A stretch of DNA of 24,060 nt from Burkholderiales bacterium (GCA_021205255.1 JAJPXW010000332.1:1-24060); one strand, 5' to 3'. Shown: positions 8,189 to 17,520, counted from the first letter of the stretch. Numbers and translations: made by a program. Notes: generated by a model from the sequence alone, not told the origin.

Positions 8189-9001
8189 TTATGCACCAGC
8201 TTGGCGCCTTCTTTTCTGCTCAAAAAGACAGACAGCGGCGGCAGCCGCTACATTCAATGATTCTGTTCTTGAAGACAGCGGAATTAAAAGCGATTTGTCG
8301 GCGGCTTCGTGAATGTTCTGATGAACGCCTTTCCCTTCACTTCCAAACACCCAAATCGTCGGTTTACCGATACCCCACTCTTCAGTAAATAAGTCTTTGC
8401 CTTTCTTTGCGTCTGCTACTAGACATTCGTTTCCAGTCTGCGACTTAAGCTCTTCAATATCCACATCGGCCCAAATGGTTGCATGGAACTGCGCCCCCAT
8501 ACCAGCGCGCAGGGCTTTTGGAGACCATGGCCAGGCGGTTCCTTTACTTTGTGCAATATTGTTCACCCCAGCTGCTAACGCCGTTCTTAAAATTGTCCCT
8601 ACATTGCCCGGATCCTGGACAGTATCAAGATAGATGTAATCGCCTTTCTTGAAGTGGTCCGGTTTTTGAGGCGATTCAATTTGACAAACGATGCCAACAC
8701 TTGTCTCGACAGGAGAAACCTGTTTGAAAAGGATAGGTGGTAAAGTGATGATGTCTACTCTTTCAGCCTGAAACTTTTCAACAAGTTCTTTAATTTCTTT
8801 ATTGTGCTCGTAAGTTTCAATATCCAAGAAAACTTGGTCAACGATGATCTTCGCTTTTCTTCTATTAAGTTTTACTAATTCCTGGGCTAAATGCACGCCC
8901 TCTGCCAAAGTGTCGCCCGTAACCTTGCAAAATCTATTGGAGGAAGCAAGTTTTCTAGCAATCTTGAAATTAGGATTGTATTCAGAAGTGACGAGTTTCA
9001 T
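8189..9001 (-). CDS. SPOUT RNA 2'-O-methyltransferase, TrmH/SpoU family
   Basis: 270 aa. Motifs LDTVQDPGNVGTILRTA, FGSEGKGV and IPLSSRTESLNVAAAAAVCLFE. ATGA overlap with the rnhB stop. Target RNA not assignable. Confidence 0.93.
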   Translation of the reverse strand: MKLVTSEYNPNFKIARKLASSNRFCKVTGDTLAEGVHLAQELVKLNRRKAKIIVDQVFLDIETYEHNKEIKELVEKFQAERVDIITLPPILFKQVSPVETSVGIVCQIESPQKPDHFKKGDYIYLDTVQDPGNVGTILRTALAAGVNNIAQSKGTAWPWSPKALRAGMGAQFHATIWADVDIEELKSQTGNECLVADAKKGKDLFTEEWGIGKPTIWVFGSEGKGVHQNIHEAADKSLLIPLSSRTESLNVAAAAAVCLFEQKRRRQAGA

Positions 9002-9624
9002 AGCAACTCTCCCTGTTTGGCAGTCGAAATAGATTGAGGTGATATTAGTTCAGATACAGGTCTAAAAGTTTTTCTGTGTTCCGGACAAGGTCCATATTTC
9101 CTTAACGCTCTTAAGTGTACGGCTGTTCCATAACCGGCATGCTTATCGAAGCCATATTGTGGATATTTAAGAGCTAGTTTATTCATTAAGGCATCCCGAT
9201 AAGTTTTAGCCAGAATTGAAGCAGCTGAAATTTCTGGGATTAAGTCATCGCCCCTCACAACGGCGCGGCTTTTATATTTCCAGCGAGGCAGTTGGTTACC
9301 GTCAACTAATACCGTATCAGGAATTACTTTCAGTAAGTCGACGGCTCTATTCATTGCAAGCAATGTAGCTTCCAGGATATTAATCCTATCGATTTCTTCA
9401 GCCGATGAAAGAGAAATAGCCCAGGCAACTGACTTTTCTTTAATAATCGGCGCAAGCATGCCTCTTTGACGAGCAGAAAGCTTCTTTGAATCCCGTAGGC
9501 CTTCGATATGGGCTTCTCCTAGGATCACGGCAGCCGCTACGACTGGTCCTGAAAGAGGTCCGCGACCAGCCTCGTCAACTCCGCAAATTAATCCCTCATC
9601 AATTGAGAAAAGTTCAAGGTTCAA
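8998..9624 (-). CDS. rnhB: Ribonuclease HII
   Basis: 208 aa. Motifs GVDEAGRGPLSGPVVAAAV, DSKKLS, DGN, ISAASILAK and HAGYGT. The TTG start overlaps the lpxB TGA stop (TTGA). Confidence 0.97.
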   Translation of the reverse strand: MNLELFSIDEGLICGVDEAGRGPLSGPVVAAAVILGEAHIEGLRDSKKLSARQRGMLAPIIKEKSVAWAISLSSAEEIDRINILEATLLAMNRAVDLLKVIPDTVLVDGNQLPRWKYKSRAVVRGDDLIPEISAASILAKTYRDALMNKLALKYPQYGFDKHAGYGTAVHLRALRKYGPCPEHRKTFRPVSELISPQSISTAKQGELL

Positions 9625-10778
9625 TCTTGTTTCAGTACTTTAAGCACCGCCTCCGAAGCCAAAGCTGGAGTATCTCTCAAAAGTGAGGCGTGCATGTCAG
9701 TAAAAATCGGTTCGAGCTCTTCTCGACGACGCGGTTCCAAAGCATAAAGAACATGCGAAGCCAGAATTTCCGGCGAACTGAACACTTGGACGCACTCCGG
9801 TACTAAAGTTTTACCTGAAAGAATATTAGGTAAACTAATCCACCTAGATTGAGCTTTCGACAAAATCATTAATGATGTAATGCCAGGCATTACATAGCCG
9901 ACCACCATCGGCTTCTTATAAAGAGCCGCTTCCAAAGTAGCAGTACCGCTCGCTACAAGGACTGCGTCGGCTGCCTCTAAAGCCTTATGGGATTGACCTT
10001 CCGTAATAGTCAAGGCCTCTTTTACGGCAGGGAATTTTTCCAGCTCCTTATTAATCATTTGCCGTATCTGCTCATCGGCTGCCGGAATAATGAATTTTGT
10101 CCGTGGCTCGCTTTTTAGAATTAATTCGCATGCTCCAAAAAAACTAGGACTATTCCACTTGATTTCATCACGCCGGCTACCAGGCAACACAGCTACTACC
10201 GGAGCTCCGTCAATAGCTACTCCTAGTACTTGGCGGGCACCCATCGTATCCGGCTTCATTGGGATATGTCTTGCTAGAGGGTGGCCTATATAGGTGCATG
10301 GAATTCCTGCTTTTCTAAAGATCTCCTCTTCAAAGGGGAATATCAATAGCAGATGGTCGACCGCTCTTTTTATTTGGTGAATGCGTTGTGGACGCCAAGC
10401 CCAAATTGCCGGAGCCACCATATGGATAACAGGAACTCCTGCTTTCCTGGCTTTTTCCTCAATTGATAAATTGAAATCAGGAGCGTCAATTCCTATATAT
10501 GCCTGCGGATGCTGATTTTTAACAGTTTTAATAATTTGGCTACGTATGCGCAAGATACGAGGAAGCTGCTTAATAACTTCTACATAGCCTCGGACGGAAA
10601 GGTCACGTGCATGGAAAGTGGGATTTAGACCCGCGCTAATCATGCGGTCGCCGCCAATGCCTTCCATGCTTGTGCTAGGGAAATTCCTGGCTACCGAAGG
10701 CAAGACTTCCGAAGCGAGCAAGTCTCCGCTGTTTTCCCCTGCCGCCCAGATAATTTTTGGAGCTGTTAGCTTTTCCAT
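9621..10778 (-). CDS. lpxB: Lipid A disaccharide synthase
   Basis: 385 aa. Start moved from 10820 to the ATG at 10778, which forms a TAATG overlap with the lpxA stop. Motifs AAGENSGD, IDAPDFN, APAIWAWR, PFE, GHPLA, LPGSR, ASGTATLE and SLPNIL. Confidence 0.96.
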   Translation of the reverse strand: MEKLTAPKIIWAAGENSGDLLASEVLPSVARNFPSTSMEGIGGDRMISAGLNPTFHARDLSVRGYVEVIKQLPRILRIRSQIIKTVKNQHPQAYIGIDAPDFNLSIEEKARKAGVPVIHMVAPAIWAWRPQRIHQIKRAVDHLLLIFPFEEEIFRKAGIPCTYIGHPLARHIPMKPDTMGARQVLGVAIDGAPVVAVLPGSRRDEIKWNSPSFFGACELILKSEPRTKFIIPAADEQIRQMINKELEKFPAVKEALTITEGQSHKALEAADAVLVASGTATLEAALYKKPMVVGYVMPGITSLMILSKAQSRWISLPNILSGKTLVPECVQVFSSPEILASHVLYALEPRRREELEPIFTDMHASLLRDTPALASEAVLKVLKQD

Positions 10779-11572
10779 TAGCGGGCTAAGCCACGTGTGG
10801 CGTTTCCAAGGAATTCGCACATTTGAGTAGCAACTTGTTTGGCTTGTGGCTCCTCCAAAGTTTCAATTAGCTCTTTAATCTCTTCGGTCGCTTCTTTTAT
10901 TGTGTTGCCTTCACGGAAAATGATCTTATAGACTTCGCGGGCAGCATGAATAGCTTCTTTACTGTAGCCAAGTCTTTTCATACCTTCCATATTAATTCCG
11001 GAAGGCTTTCCCGGATTGCCTTGGTAATAGGCGAAAGGAAGGATATCCTGACGCATCATGGTTCCACCACTGAGCATGGCTCCATAACCGATACGGATAA
11101 ATTGGTGGATACCAACTTGGCCGCCAACAATAGCCTTGTCCTCAATAACGACATGACCGGCAAGACCAACATTATTAGCAAGAATAGTATCGTCGCCAAT
11201 TTGGCAGTCGTGAGCGATATGAACGTTAGCCATGAGAAGATTACGATTGCCGACTTTTGTTTCGCCATGGTCTTGCACAGTTCCAGTTGAAAGCGTGCAG
11301 TGCTCGCGGATCACGTTGTCGTCACCGATAACAAGACGGGTAGGTTCTCCCCTGTATTTCTTATCTTGCGGTTCTATTCCTATGGCGGCAAAAGGATAGA
11401 TTTTGTTGTTCTTACCAATTGTCGTATGTCCTTTGAGAATAACGTGGCTTTCGAGAACCGTTCCTTCACCGACTTTAACATTCGGGCCAACAGTGCAGTA
11501 GGGCCCGATAACAACTGACTCTGCTAGTTGAGCTTTTGGATCCACAATAGCTGTGGGATGAATTTGTGCCAT
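10778..11572 (-). CDS. lpxA: UDP-N-acetylglucosamine O-acyltransferase
   Basis: 264 aa. Hexapeptide repeats, PQDKKY, HIAHDC (catalytic His121, equivalent to E. coli His125), GHV, HQF and a helical C-terminal domain. Confidence 0.97.
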   Translation of the reverse strand: MAQIHPTAIVDPKAQLAESVVIGPYCTVGPNVKVGEGTVLESHVILKGHTTIGKNNKIYPFAAIGIEPQDKKYRGEPTRLVIGDDNVIREHCTLSTGTVQDHGETKVGNRNLLMANVHIAHDCQIGDDTILANNVGLAGHVVIEDKAIVGGQVGIHQFIRIGYGAMLSGGTMMRQDILPFAYYQGNPGKPSGINMEGMKRLGYSKEAIHAAREVYKIIFREGNTIKEATEEIKELIETLEEPQAKQVATQMCEFLGNATRGLAR

Positions 11573-11590
11573 CTGTTGTCCCGACTTTAA

Positions 11591-12031
11591 TTATTTAGGT
11601 GATCTATAGGAACACATCATATCTGCGCAGGCTGCTAGTTGACCGTCCACAGTTGCATCGCAATGCATTTTTATCATTCCTAATTTTTCCCGCATAAACG
11701 TGCATTCAAAGCGAAGCTGGTCTCCGGGAATAACAACTCGTTTGAATCTGGCATTGTCGATGGATGCAAAATAAAACAGCTTATTTGGATCGGCTTTTTC
11801 ACCCATTCTTGCAAAAGCAAGCATGGCGCAAGCTTGTGCCATAGCTTCAATGATCAGAACCCCAGGCATCACAGGAACTCCTGGGAAATGGCCTTGAAAC
11901 TGCGGTTCGTTAACTGTTACGTTTTTAATCGCAATTAGCTTATTGACGCCGTCGGTCTCTAAAACCCTATCGACAAGTAGAAATGGATAACGATGTGGCA
12001 GTAGCCTCATGATGTCGTTGATGTCTTGCAT
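11591..12031 (-). CDS. fabZ: 3-hydroxyacyl-ACP dehydratase
   Basis: 146 aa. Motifs LPHRYPFLLVDRV and NVTVNEPQFQGHFPGVPVMPGVLIIEAMAQ. Confidence 0.98.
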   Translation of the reverse strand: MQDINDIMRLLPHRYPFLLVDRVLETDGVNKLIAIKNVTVNEPQFQGHFPGVPVMPGVLIIEAMAQACAMLAFARMGEKADPNKLFYFASIDNARFKRVVIPGDQLRFECTFMREKLGMIKMHCDATVDGQLAACADMMCSYRSPK

Positions 12032-12034
12032 TGT

Positions 12035-13123
12035 TTATTCGCCTTTCAGTGACTTGACTTCTTCGGTTAAGCGCTTTAACTGCCTGCGCATCTCCGGCAA
12101 CTTCTTAATGACGGAAAGTATATTGAAAAACTCTCTATGTGGCATGGCTGGCATGTGGCCAGCATAATAACCAGGCTTATCTATAGTCTTTGGAACGCCT
12201 CCATTAGCTCCAATAATAGTTCCTGGAGCTATTGAAAGATGGCCAGCTATCCCTGCGCCACCTCCAAGTTGGCAGTTATCTCCGATAATTGAGCTACCAG
12301 CCATTCCAGATCTGCCCGAAATCACTACATTCTTTCCAATTTGGCAATTATGACCAATCATTACAAGGTCGTCTATCTTTGAACCATTCCCAACAGTAGT
12401 GTTATTTAAAGCTCCCCTGTCAATACAGGTATTGGCACCTATCTCAACATTGTCGCCAGTTTCCACAATGCCAACTTGCGGAATCTTGACATATTCCAGA
12501 TCCAACGGAGCGAAGCCAAAGCCATCGGCTCCTATAACAGCGCCACTATGGATAATATTGTTTTTACCAATGCGACATCCATAATAGATACTGACGTTAG
12601 GATAAATTTTAGTGTTGTCGCCAATTACTACGTCTTCGGCGATGACAGTATTGGCCAAAATCTCGCAATGCTCCCCTATTCTTGCACCGGCTTTAATCAC
12701 GACACCTTTATCTATTCTCGCGGTAGGAGCTACATAGGCCGAAGGATCTATACAGGCACCTGGATGAATTCCTGGCGTAACGTTATCTCGAGGGAAAATA
12801 ACCTGGAGGGCATAAGCGAACCAAGCATAGGGATTCCGGGTGATTACGCAGGCTCTTGGTGGAATTTCATCTCCCCACAGTGCCTTTTTATCTTCTTCCG
12901 TCAAAATTAAGGCAGCCGCATGGCACTGCTTAGCTTCGTCTCTGTATTTAGGGGAGGCGAGGAAAGAAACTTCACCATCACCAGCAGTTTCAAGCGGGGC
13001 TATACCTTGAATAAGAGTGCCTTCGCTACCTTCGGAAAGTGCACTTAACAGGCTGCCATTACTTAGCTCTTTGACACGTTCAGCAAGATCAAGCAGCGTG
13101 ATTGGTTCTGATCTTTGAATCAT
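12035..13123 (-). CDS. lpxD: UDP-3-O-(3-hydroxyacyl)glucosamine N-acyltransferase
   Basis: Motifs GIAPLETA, SFLASPKY, NPY, IHSGAVIGADGFGFA, IGANTCIDRG and KIDDLVMIGHN. The ATG at 13123 (362 aa) is preferred to the TTG at 13159, but the start is not certain. Confidence 0.95.
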   Translation of the reverse strand: MIQRSEPITLLDLAERVKELSNGSLLSALSEGSEGTLIQGIAPLETAGDGEVSFLASPKYRDEAKQCHAAALILTEEDKKALWGDEIPPRACVITRNPYAWFAYALQVIFPRDNVTPGIHPGACIDPSAYVAPTARIDKGVVIKAGARIGEHCEILANTVIAEDVVIGDNTKIYPNVSIYYGCRIGKNNIIHSGAVIGADGFGFAPLDLEYVKIPQVGIVETGDNVEIGANTCIDRGALNNTTVGNGSKIDDLVMIGHNCQIGKNVVISGRSGMAGSSIIGDNCQLGGGAGIAGHLSIAPGTIIGANGGVPKTIDKPGYYAGHMPAMPHREFFNILSVIKKLPEMRRQLKRLTEEVKSLKGE

Positions 13124-13234
13124 AGTGTTTGTGAAAACCTTGGCTCTAGGAAGGTGCAAGCCTTAACTGCTTGGCGCATCCTCAGAAGCAGTCGGTCATT
13201 GCGGCCGGCTGAAAACAGCAAAAAAACAGCTGAT

Positions 13235-13263
13235 AAAACAACAGGCAGACCTTTGTCTGCCTG
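13235..13263 (-). terminator. Intrinsic terminator-like hairpin between skp and lpxD
   Basis: CAGGCAGAC-CTTT-GTCTGCCTG is a perfect 9-bp stem. It is followed by TTGTTTT on the minus strand and AGTTTTT on the plus strand, so it may be bidirectional. Confidence 0.75.
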
Positions 13264-13277
13264 AGTTTTTATTTTAG

Positions 13278-13775
13278 TTATTTCAGCAGTTTTAGAACAG
13301 TGTCAGTCATATCCAGTTTTGGATTCACATAAATGGCTTCCTGCAAGACTAGATCGTAGCCTTCCTTTTGTGCCAAATCCTTAATGACTTTATTTGCTTG
13401 GCGCAGGAGTTTCTGCAGCTCTTCGTTGCGGCGCTGATTGAAGTCTTCCCTCAACTCACGCTGACGACGTTGAAAATCTCTTTCGCGGTCTTGCAGGTCG
13501 CGCTGCTTACGCACCCTCTCCTGCTCATTCATATTAGCAGCGTTCTTTTCGAATCTTTCGATATCGGTTTTCAGACGTTGACCTTGGGCGTTCACGTCCT
13601 TGTCGCGCTTCGAAAATTCTTGTTCTAGTTTTTTACTAGCTGCCTGAGCTGCTGGAGAATCGCGCAGGATAACTTCAGTATTGACGACTCCGATTTTTAA
13701 CTCAGCAGCAAAAGATGGTGCTGTGGCCACAACCATTGAGGCGACCAAGGCAGCTGCTAAAAAAGTTTTTTGCAT
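13278..13775 (-). CDS. skp: Periplasmic OMP chaperone Skp/OmpH
   Basis: 165 aa. Start moved from 13811 to the ATG at 13775 (AGGAG 9 nt upstream). Signal peptide MQKTFLAAALVASMVVATAPSFA, then KIGVVN, a coiled coil, GYDLVL and DMTDTVLK. Confidence 0.95.
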   Translation of the reverse strand: MQKTFLAAALVASMVVATAPSFAAELKIGVVNTEVILRDSPAAQAASKKLEQEFSKRDKDVNAQGQRLKTDIERFEKNAANMNEQERVRKQRDLQDRERDFQRRQRELREDFNQRRNEELQKLLRQANKVIKDLAQKEGYDLVLQEAIYVNPKLDMTDTVLKLLK

Positions 13776-13816
13776 TAGTTGTACTCCTACACAATCTCTA
13801 AATTGTGCCATAAATT

Positions 13817-16132
13817 TTAGAAACCTGTACCAATTTGGAACTGGAATCTTTCAAGTTCATCGCTGTCTTTCTTGTTAAGAGGTATTGCAAAGCTCAGCTT
13901 AAGAGGACCCATCGGCGAAATCCAGGCTAAACCGATACCGACTGAATACCTCAAGTCTCCAAGGTCAAGCTTGTCTTTCTTATAAATGGTCTTGCCGTCT
14001 TGGTAAATGGCCCTTCTACCCCAAATCCAGCCACCGTCTAGGAAGGTGAACAAACGAAGCGTTCTATCGGCTCCTGGAATTGGAGCTAGCAACTCAAGCG
14101 AGAAATTGAACTTTCTGTTACCACCTGACGCATCACCGTCACTATCACGTGGACCTAATGAGGAACTCTCGAAGCCACGGACCGAACCAATACCGCCACC
14201 GTAGAAATTCTTAAAGAAAGGATACGGTTTGCCACCGTAACCATCGCCGTAACCAAGTTCTGTATTAAAGGCAAAGGTAAAGGTCTTTGTAATTGGCCAG
14301 TACTGCTGGAACTGGTAAGTAGCGCGATAGTATCTCAAGTCCAGGACTGGAAGCGATATTTCCGCTGAAACTCTTTGATATCTACCGGAGTTTGGTGCCA
14401 GCACGTTATCACGTGTATCTCGCGACCAGCCAAACGTTAAAGCGACGTCTTTTGGCTTCTTGCCATAGTCGAGCACGTATTCCTTATAGCGGTTAGGTGC
14501 ATTGGCTCCTACTTTCACATCAGTCATTTCGAACTTACCGCCTAGGAAGATCTGATCGTTCTCAGTGACCGGAATACCGTAGGAGACGCCAGCACCGTAC
14601 GTTTCGTAGACTACGTCGTCAGTAATGTCCAACTCGTCCAAGTCAATACGGCGGTCGTAAATTTCAAACGCCTGGCTTATACCGGAAGTCGTAATGTAGG
14701 GCTGGGTAAAGTTCAAAGAGTAAATTCTCGTACTCTTCGATGTGTTGACGTCCACCGACAAAGAATTACCAGTACCGAAAGCGTTGTTCTGGGAGAATCC
14801 ACCACTGATAATGATGCCTTCAGAAGTCGAATAGCCTGCACCGATGGAGATGTTGCCTGTTGGTCTTTCCTTAACCTTGACTTCCAGGTCAACTTCGTCA
14901 GGCGAACCTGTAACTGGTTCCGGCTCAGCCGTCACAGTTTCGAAGAAACCCAGTCTATCGATACGGTCTCTAGATACTGCTACTTTATCGCTATCGAACC
15001 AGCTTGCTTCGTATTGTCGAACTTCACGGCGAATTACTTCGTCTCGCGTTCTAGTATTACCTGTAATGTTGACTTTACGGACATATACGCGCTTGCCTGG
15101 GTCAATAAGATAGACAATTGAGACTTCGTTGCTATCGGCCCCTAGCGGAACAGGTTCAGGCGTAGCCTTTGCAAAAGCATATCCTAAAGTGGAAAGCTTA
15201 TCCGTGATGGCCTTGCCCAATGCGTTTACTTCAGAAGCGTTATAAACGGATCCTGGCTTGATATCGATCATATCTTCGAATTCAGGCTCCAAGCCAAGCA
15301 TATCTCCCGTTAGCTTGACATCCTTAATGCGGTACTTCTTGCCTTCGTTCACATTAATAGTGATGTGGATTTTGGACTTGTCCGGACTAATGGAAACCTG
15401 AGTGGAGTCGATCTTGAAGTCGAGGTAGCCATTGTTGTTGTAAAGGGCTCGAATAGCTTCCAAGTCGCCTTGCAACTTTTCTCTGGAATATTGGTCTCGC
15501 TTGGTGTACCAGGACAACCAGTTTGGCAATCCTAGTTGCATTTCATCGCGAAGTTTCCCGTCGCTATAGACCTTATTGCCGACAAACCGAATAGTGGCAA
15601 TTTTCGATACGTTGCCCTCGTCCACGTCCATGATGACACGAACACGGTTACGTTCGACAGGAGTTACCGTAGTCTTAATTTCAACTGCGTAATGGCCTCT
15701 GGTTAAGTATTGGCGACGAAGCTCCTGGGCAGCACGTTCAAGGATGGAGCGGTCGAAAATTGCACCTTCTGCCAATCCAACGTCACGGAGCGATTTCTCA
15801 ACGCCTTTTTTATCGAACTCACTAATGCCAGTTGTTTGTATACCGGCTACAGTCGGTCTTTCTTGAATTCTGACAACTAGAACGTTGCCATCCATGTCAA
15901 GTTCGACATCCCTAAACATACCGGAGGCGTACAAGGATCTAAGAGCCTCGGCTCCTAGTTCAGCCGTATATGTATCACCCACACGAATTGGGAGATGGGA
16001 GAAAACTGTACCAGCTTCTGTTCTGGCAATTCCCTCCAATCGGATGTCTTTAATGACATGGCCTTGGGCCAGCACCCCTGCGGCATACAGCGCCAGCAAA
16101 ACCGCACTGGCTTGTTTAAGAGGTTTAGGCAT
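13817..16132 (-). CDS. bamA: Outer membrane protein assembly factor BamA
   Basis: 771 aa. Signal peptide, POTRA repeats (IKDIRLEG, ITGNTRTRDEVIRRE), loop-6 motif GGIGSVRGF and C-terminal FQFQIGTGF. Confidence 0.98.
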   Translation of the reverse strand: MPKPLKQASAVLLALYAAGVLAQGHVIKDIRLEGIARTEAGTVFSHLPIRVGDTYTAELGAEALRSLYASGMFRDVELDMDGNVLVVRIQERPTVAGIQTTGISEFDKKGVEKSLRDVGLAEGAIFDRSILERAAQELRRQYLTRGHYAVEIKTTVTPVERNRVRVIMDVDEGNVSKIATIRFVGNKVYSDGKLRDEMQLGLPNWLSWYTKRDQYSREKLQGDLEAIRALYNNNGYLDFKIDSTQVSISPDKSKIHITINVNEGKKYRIKDVKLTGDMLGLEPEFEDMIDIKPGSVYNASEVNALGKAITDKLSTLGYAFAKATPEPVPLGADSNEVSIVYLIDPGKRVYVRKVNITGNTRTRDEVIRREVRQYEASWFDSDKVAVSRDRIDRLGFFETVTAEPEPVTGSPDEVDLEVKVKERPTGNISIGAGYSTSEGIIISGGFSQNNAFGTGNSLSVDVNTSKSTRIYSLNFTQPYITTSGISQAFEIYDRRIDLDELDITDDVVYETYGAGVSYGIPVTENDQIFLGGKFEMTDVKVGANAPNRYKEYVLDYGKKPKDVALTFGWSRDTRDNVLAPNSGRYQRVSAEISLPVLDLRYYRATYQFQQYWPITKTFTFAFNTELGYGDGYGGKPYPFFKNFYGGGIGSVRGFESSSLGPRDSDGDASGGNRKFNFSLELLAPIPGADRTLRLFTFLDGGWIWGRRAIYQDGKTIYKKDKLDLGDLRYSVGIGLAWISPMGPLKLSFAIPLNKKDSDELERFQFQIGTGF

Positions 16133-16159
16133 TTATTTTTATTGCTAATTGGGGGCTTT

Positions 16160-17518
16160 TTATACTAAGAGCCGGGTAATATCATTAAATAAGGCAAGCA
16201 AAGTTAATCCGCACAATGCCGCAATTCCCACCTTTTGGGCCAGCAATTGGAAGGATTCGGAAACTGGCTTTCCTCTGACCATTTCCACCAAATAATACAT
16301 GAGATGACCCCCATCTAACATGGGTATTGGCAGAAGATTTAAGATTCCCAGACTCAGGGAAACGAGGGCTAGGAAAGATAGGAAAGGTTCAAGCCCCAAG
16401 CGGGCCGTTTGACCAGCGTAGTCGGCTATGGTGACCGGTCCGGAAAGGTTCTTTACTGAGACTTCACCTATGAGCATTTTCCCTATCATCTTTAACGAGA
16501 ATACAGTTGAATCCCAGGTTTTTACAGTTCCTTCCCAAAGACTCTGCAAGGGGTTATAGGAAATTTTTACGGTCGGCAGATTTACGCCGAAAGCAACTCC
16601 GATTTTCCCGATTTTTGCGCCATTGGCCGCATTTTCCGATAGGGTGTGCAATGTGAGGCTACGCTCTTCTCCCTCGGGATTTTGCAGCGTCAGCTGAATA
16701 TCTTCGTCAGGATGTTTTCTAATGTCCTCGATCATCGAACTCAACGACTTTGTCGGAATTCCAGCGACTGATAAGACATATTCACCCACCTTGATGCCGG
16801 CTTTTTCAGCTGGACTGCCTTCAATGACTTGGCGCACCACGGGGTTGCTGGACTTAACGGTAACGCCTATATCGTTTAATGGATCTTGTTTATCGGCCTT
16901 ATCAAGGTCGAGCTTAGCAAGATCGAGCTGTTTTTCTGTCTGGCCGCCATTTTCGCTTTCCGTAGTCAAAGTGACTTGCTCACCAGCTCTTTCTATAAGA
17001 GCGAGCCTCAGCCCACTAAAAGAATCAATTTTCCGGCCATCTATGGCAACTATGCGATCTCCTTCCTGAAGACCGGCTTCAGCCGCTGGAGTGCCAACTA
17101 ACGGTTCGGCAATAACAGGCTGCAGATCTGTTACGCCGATCATGAACACCGAGGAAAAAAGAACTACAGCCAACAATAAGTTGAAAATTGGACCAGCAGC
17201 TACGATAACAAACCGCTGCCAGACGTTTTTTGAATTAAATGTTCTAAGTTTATCTTCTTCCTTAATAGGCAGGCACTTTGGATCTCTTTCATCAAGCATA
17301 CGGACATAGCCACCCAAAGGTAGCGATGACACATGCCAAGCAGTTTGATCGGGATCGTTTTTAAATCTAAAGGTGTAGATAGGCTTTCCGAAACCTATCG
17401 AAAAGCTTAAGACTTTTACACCACATTTTTTTGCGATCCAAAAGTGACCAAGTTCATGAATTGTTATCAGGATGCCTAAAGTAACGGCGAAAGCTAGAAG
17501 TGTTGTTAGCAGATCCAA
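16160..17518 (-). CDS. rseP: RIP metalloprotease RseP
   Basis: 452 aa. HELGH zinc motif, AAGPIFN, two PDZ-like segments and NLLPIPMLDGGH. TTG start with AGGAG 8 nt upstream, inside the last dxr codons. Confidence 0.97.
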   Translation of the reverse strand: MDLLTTLLAFAVTLGILITIHELGHFWIAKKCGVKVLSFSIGFGKPIYTFRFKNDPDQTAWHVSSLPLGGYVRMLDERDPKCLPIKEEDKLRTFNSKNVWQRFVIVAAGPIFNLLLAVVLFSSVFMIGVTDLQPVIAEPLVGTPAAEAGLQEGDRIVAIDGRKIDSFSGLRLALIERAGEQVTLTTESENGGQTEKQLDLAKLDLDKADKQDPLNDIGVTVKSSNPVVRQVIEGSPAEKAGIKVGEYVLSVAGIPTKSLSSMIEDIRKHPDEDIQLTLQNPEGEERSLTLHTLSENAANGAKIGKIGVAFGVNLPTVKISYNPLQSLWEGTVKTWDSTVFSLKMIGKMLIGEVSVKNLSGPVTIADYAGQTARLGLEPFLSFLALVSLSLGILNLLPIPMLDGGHLMYYLVEMVRGKPVSESFQLLAQKVGIAALCGLTLLALFNDITRLLV

Positions 17519-17520
17519 CC

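Noticed and set aside
10778-10820. Longer lpxB start with a 43-bp overlap into lpxA; likewise the longer track starts for lpxD, skp, cdsA, the transglycosylase, DUF2939 and the hypothetical gene
   Set aside because: Downstream ATGs have better SD or overlap support and give family-typical N-termini.
10946-12910. Repetitive character of lpxA and lpxD and their antisense ORFs (10946-11290, 12476-12910)
   Set aside because: The repetition comes from hexapeptide left-handed beta-helix repeats in the proteins, not a DNA repeat array or CRISPR. The antisense ORFs are shadows.
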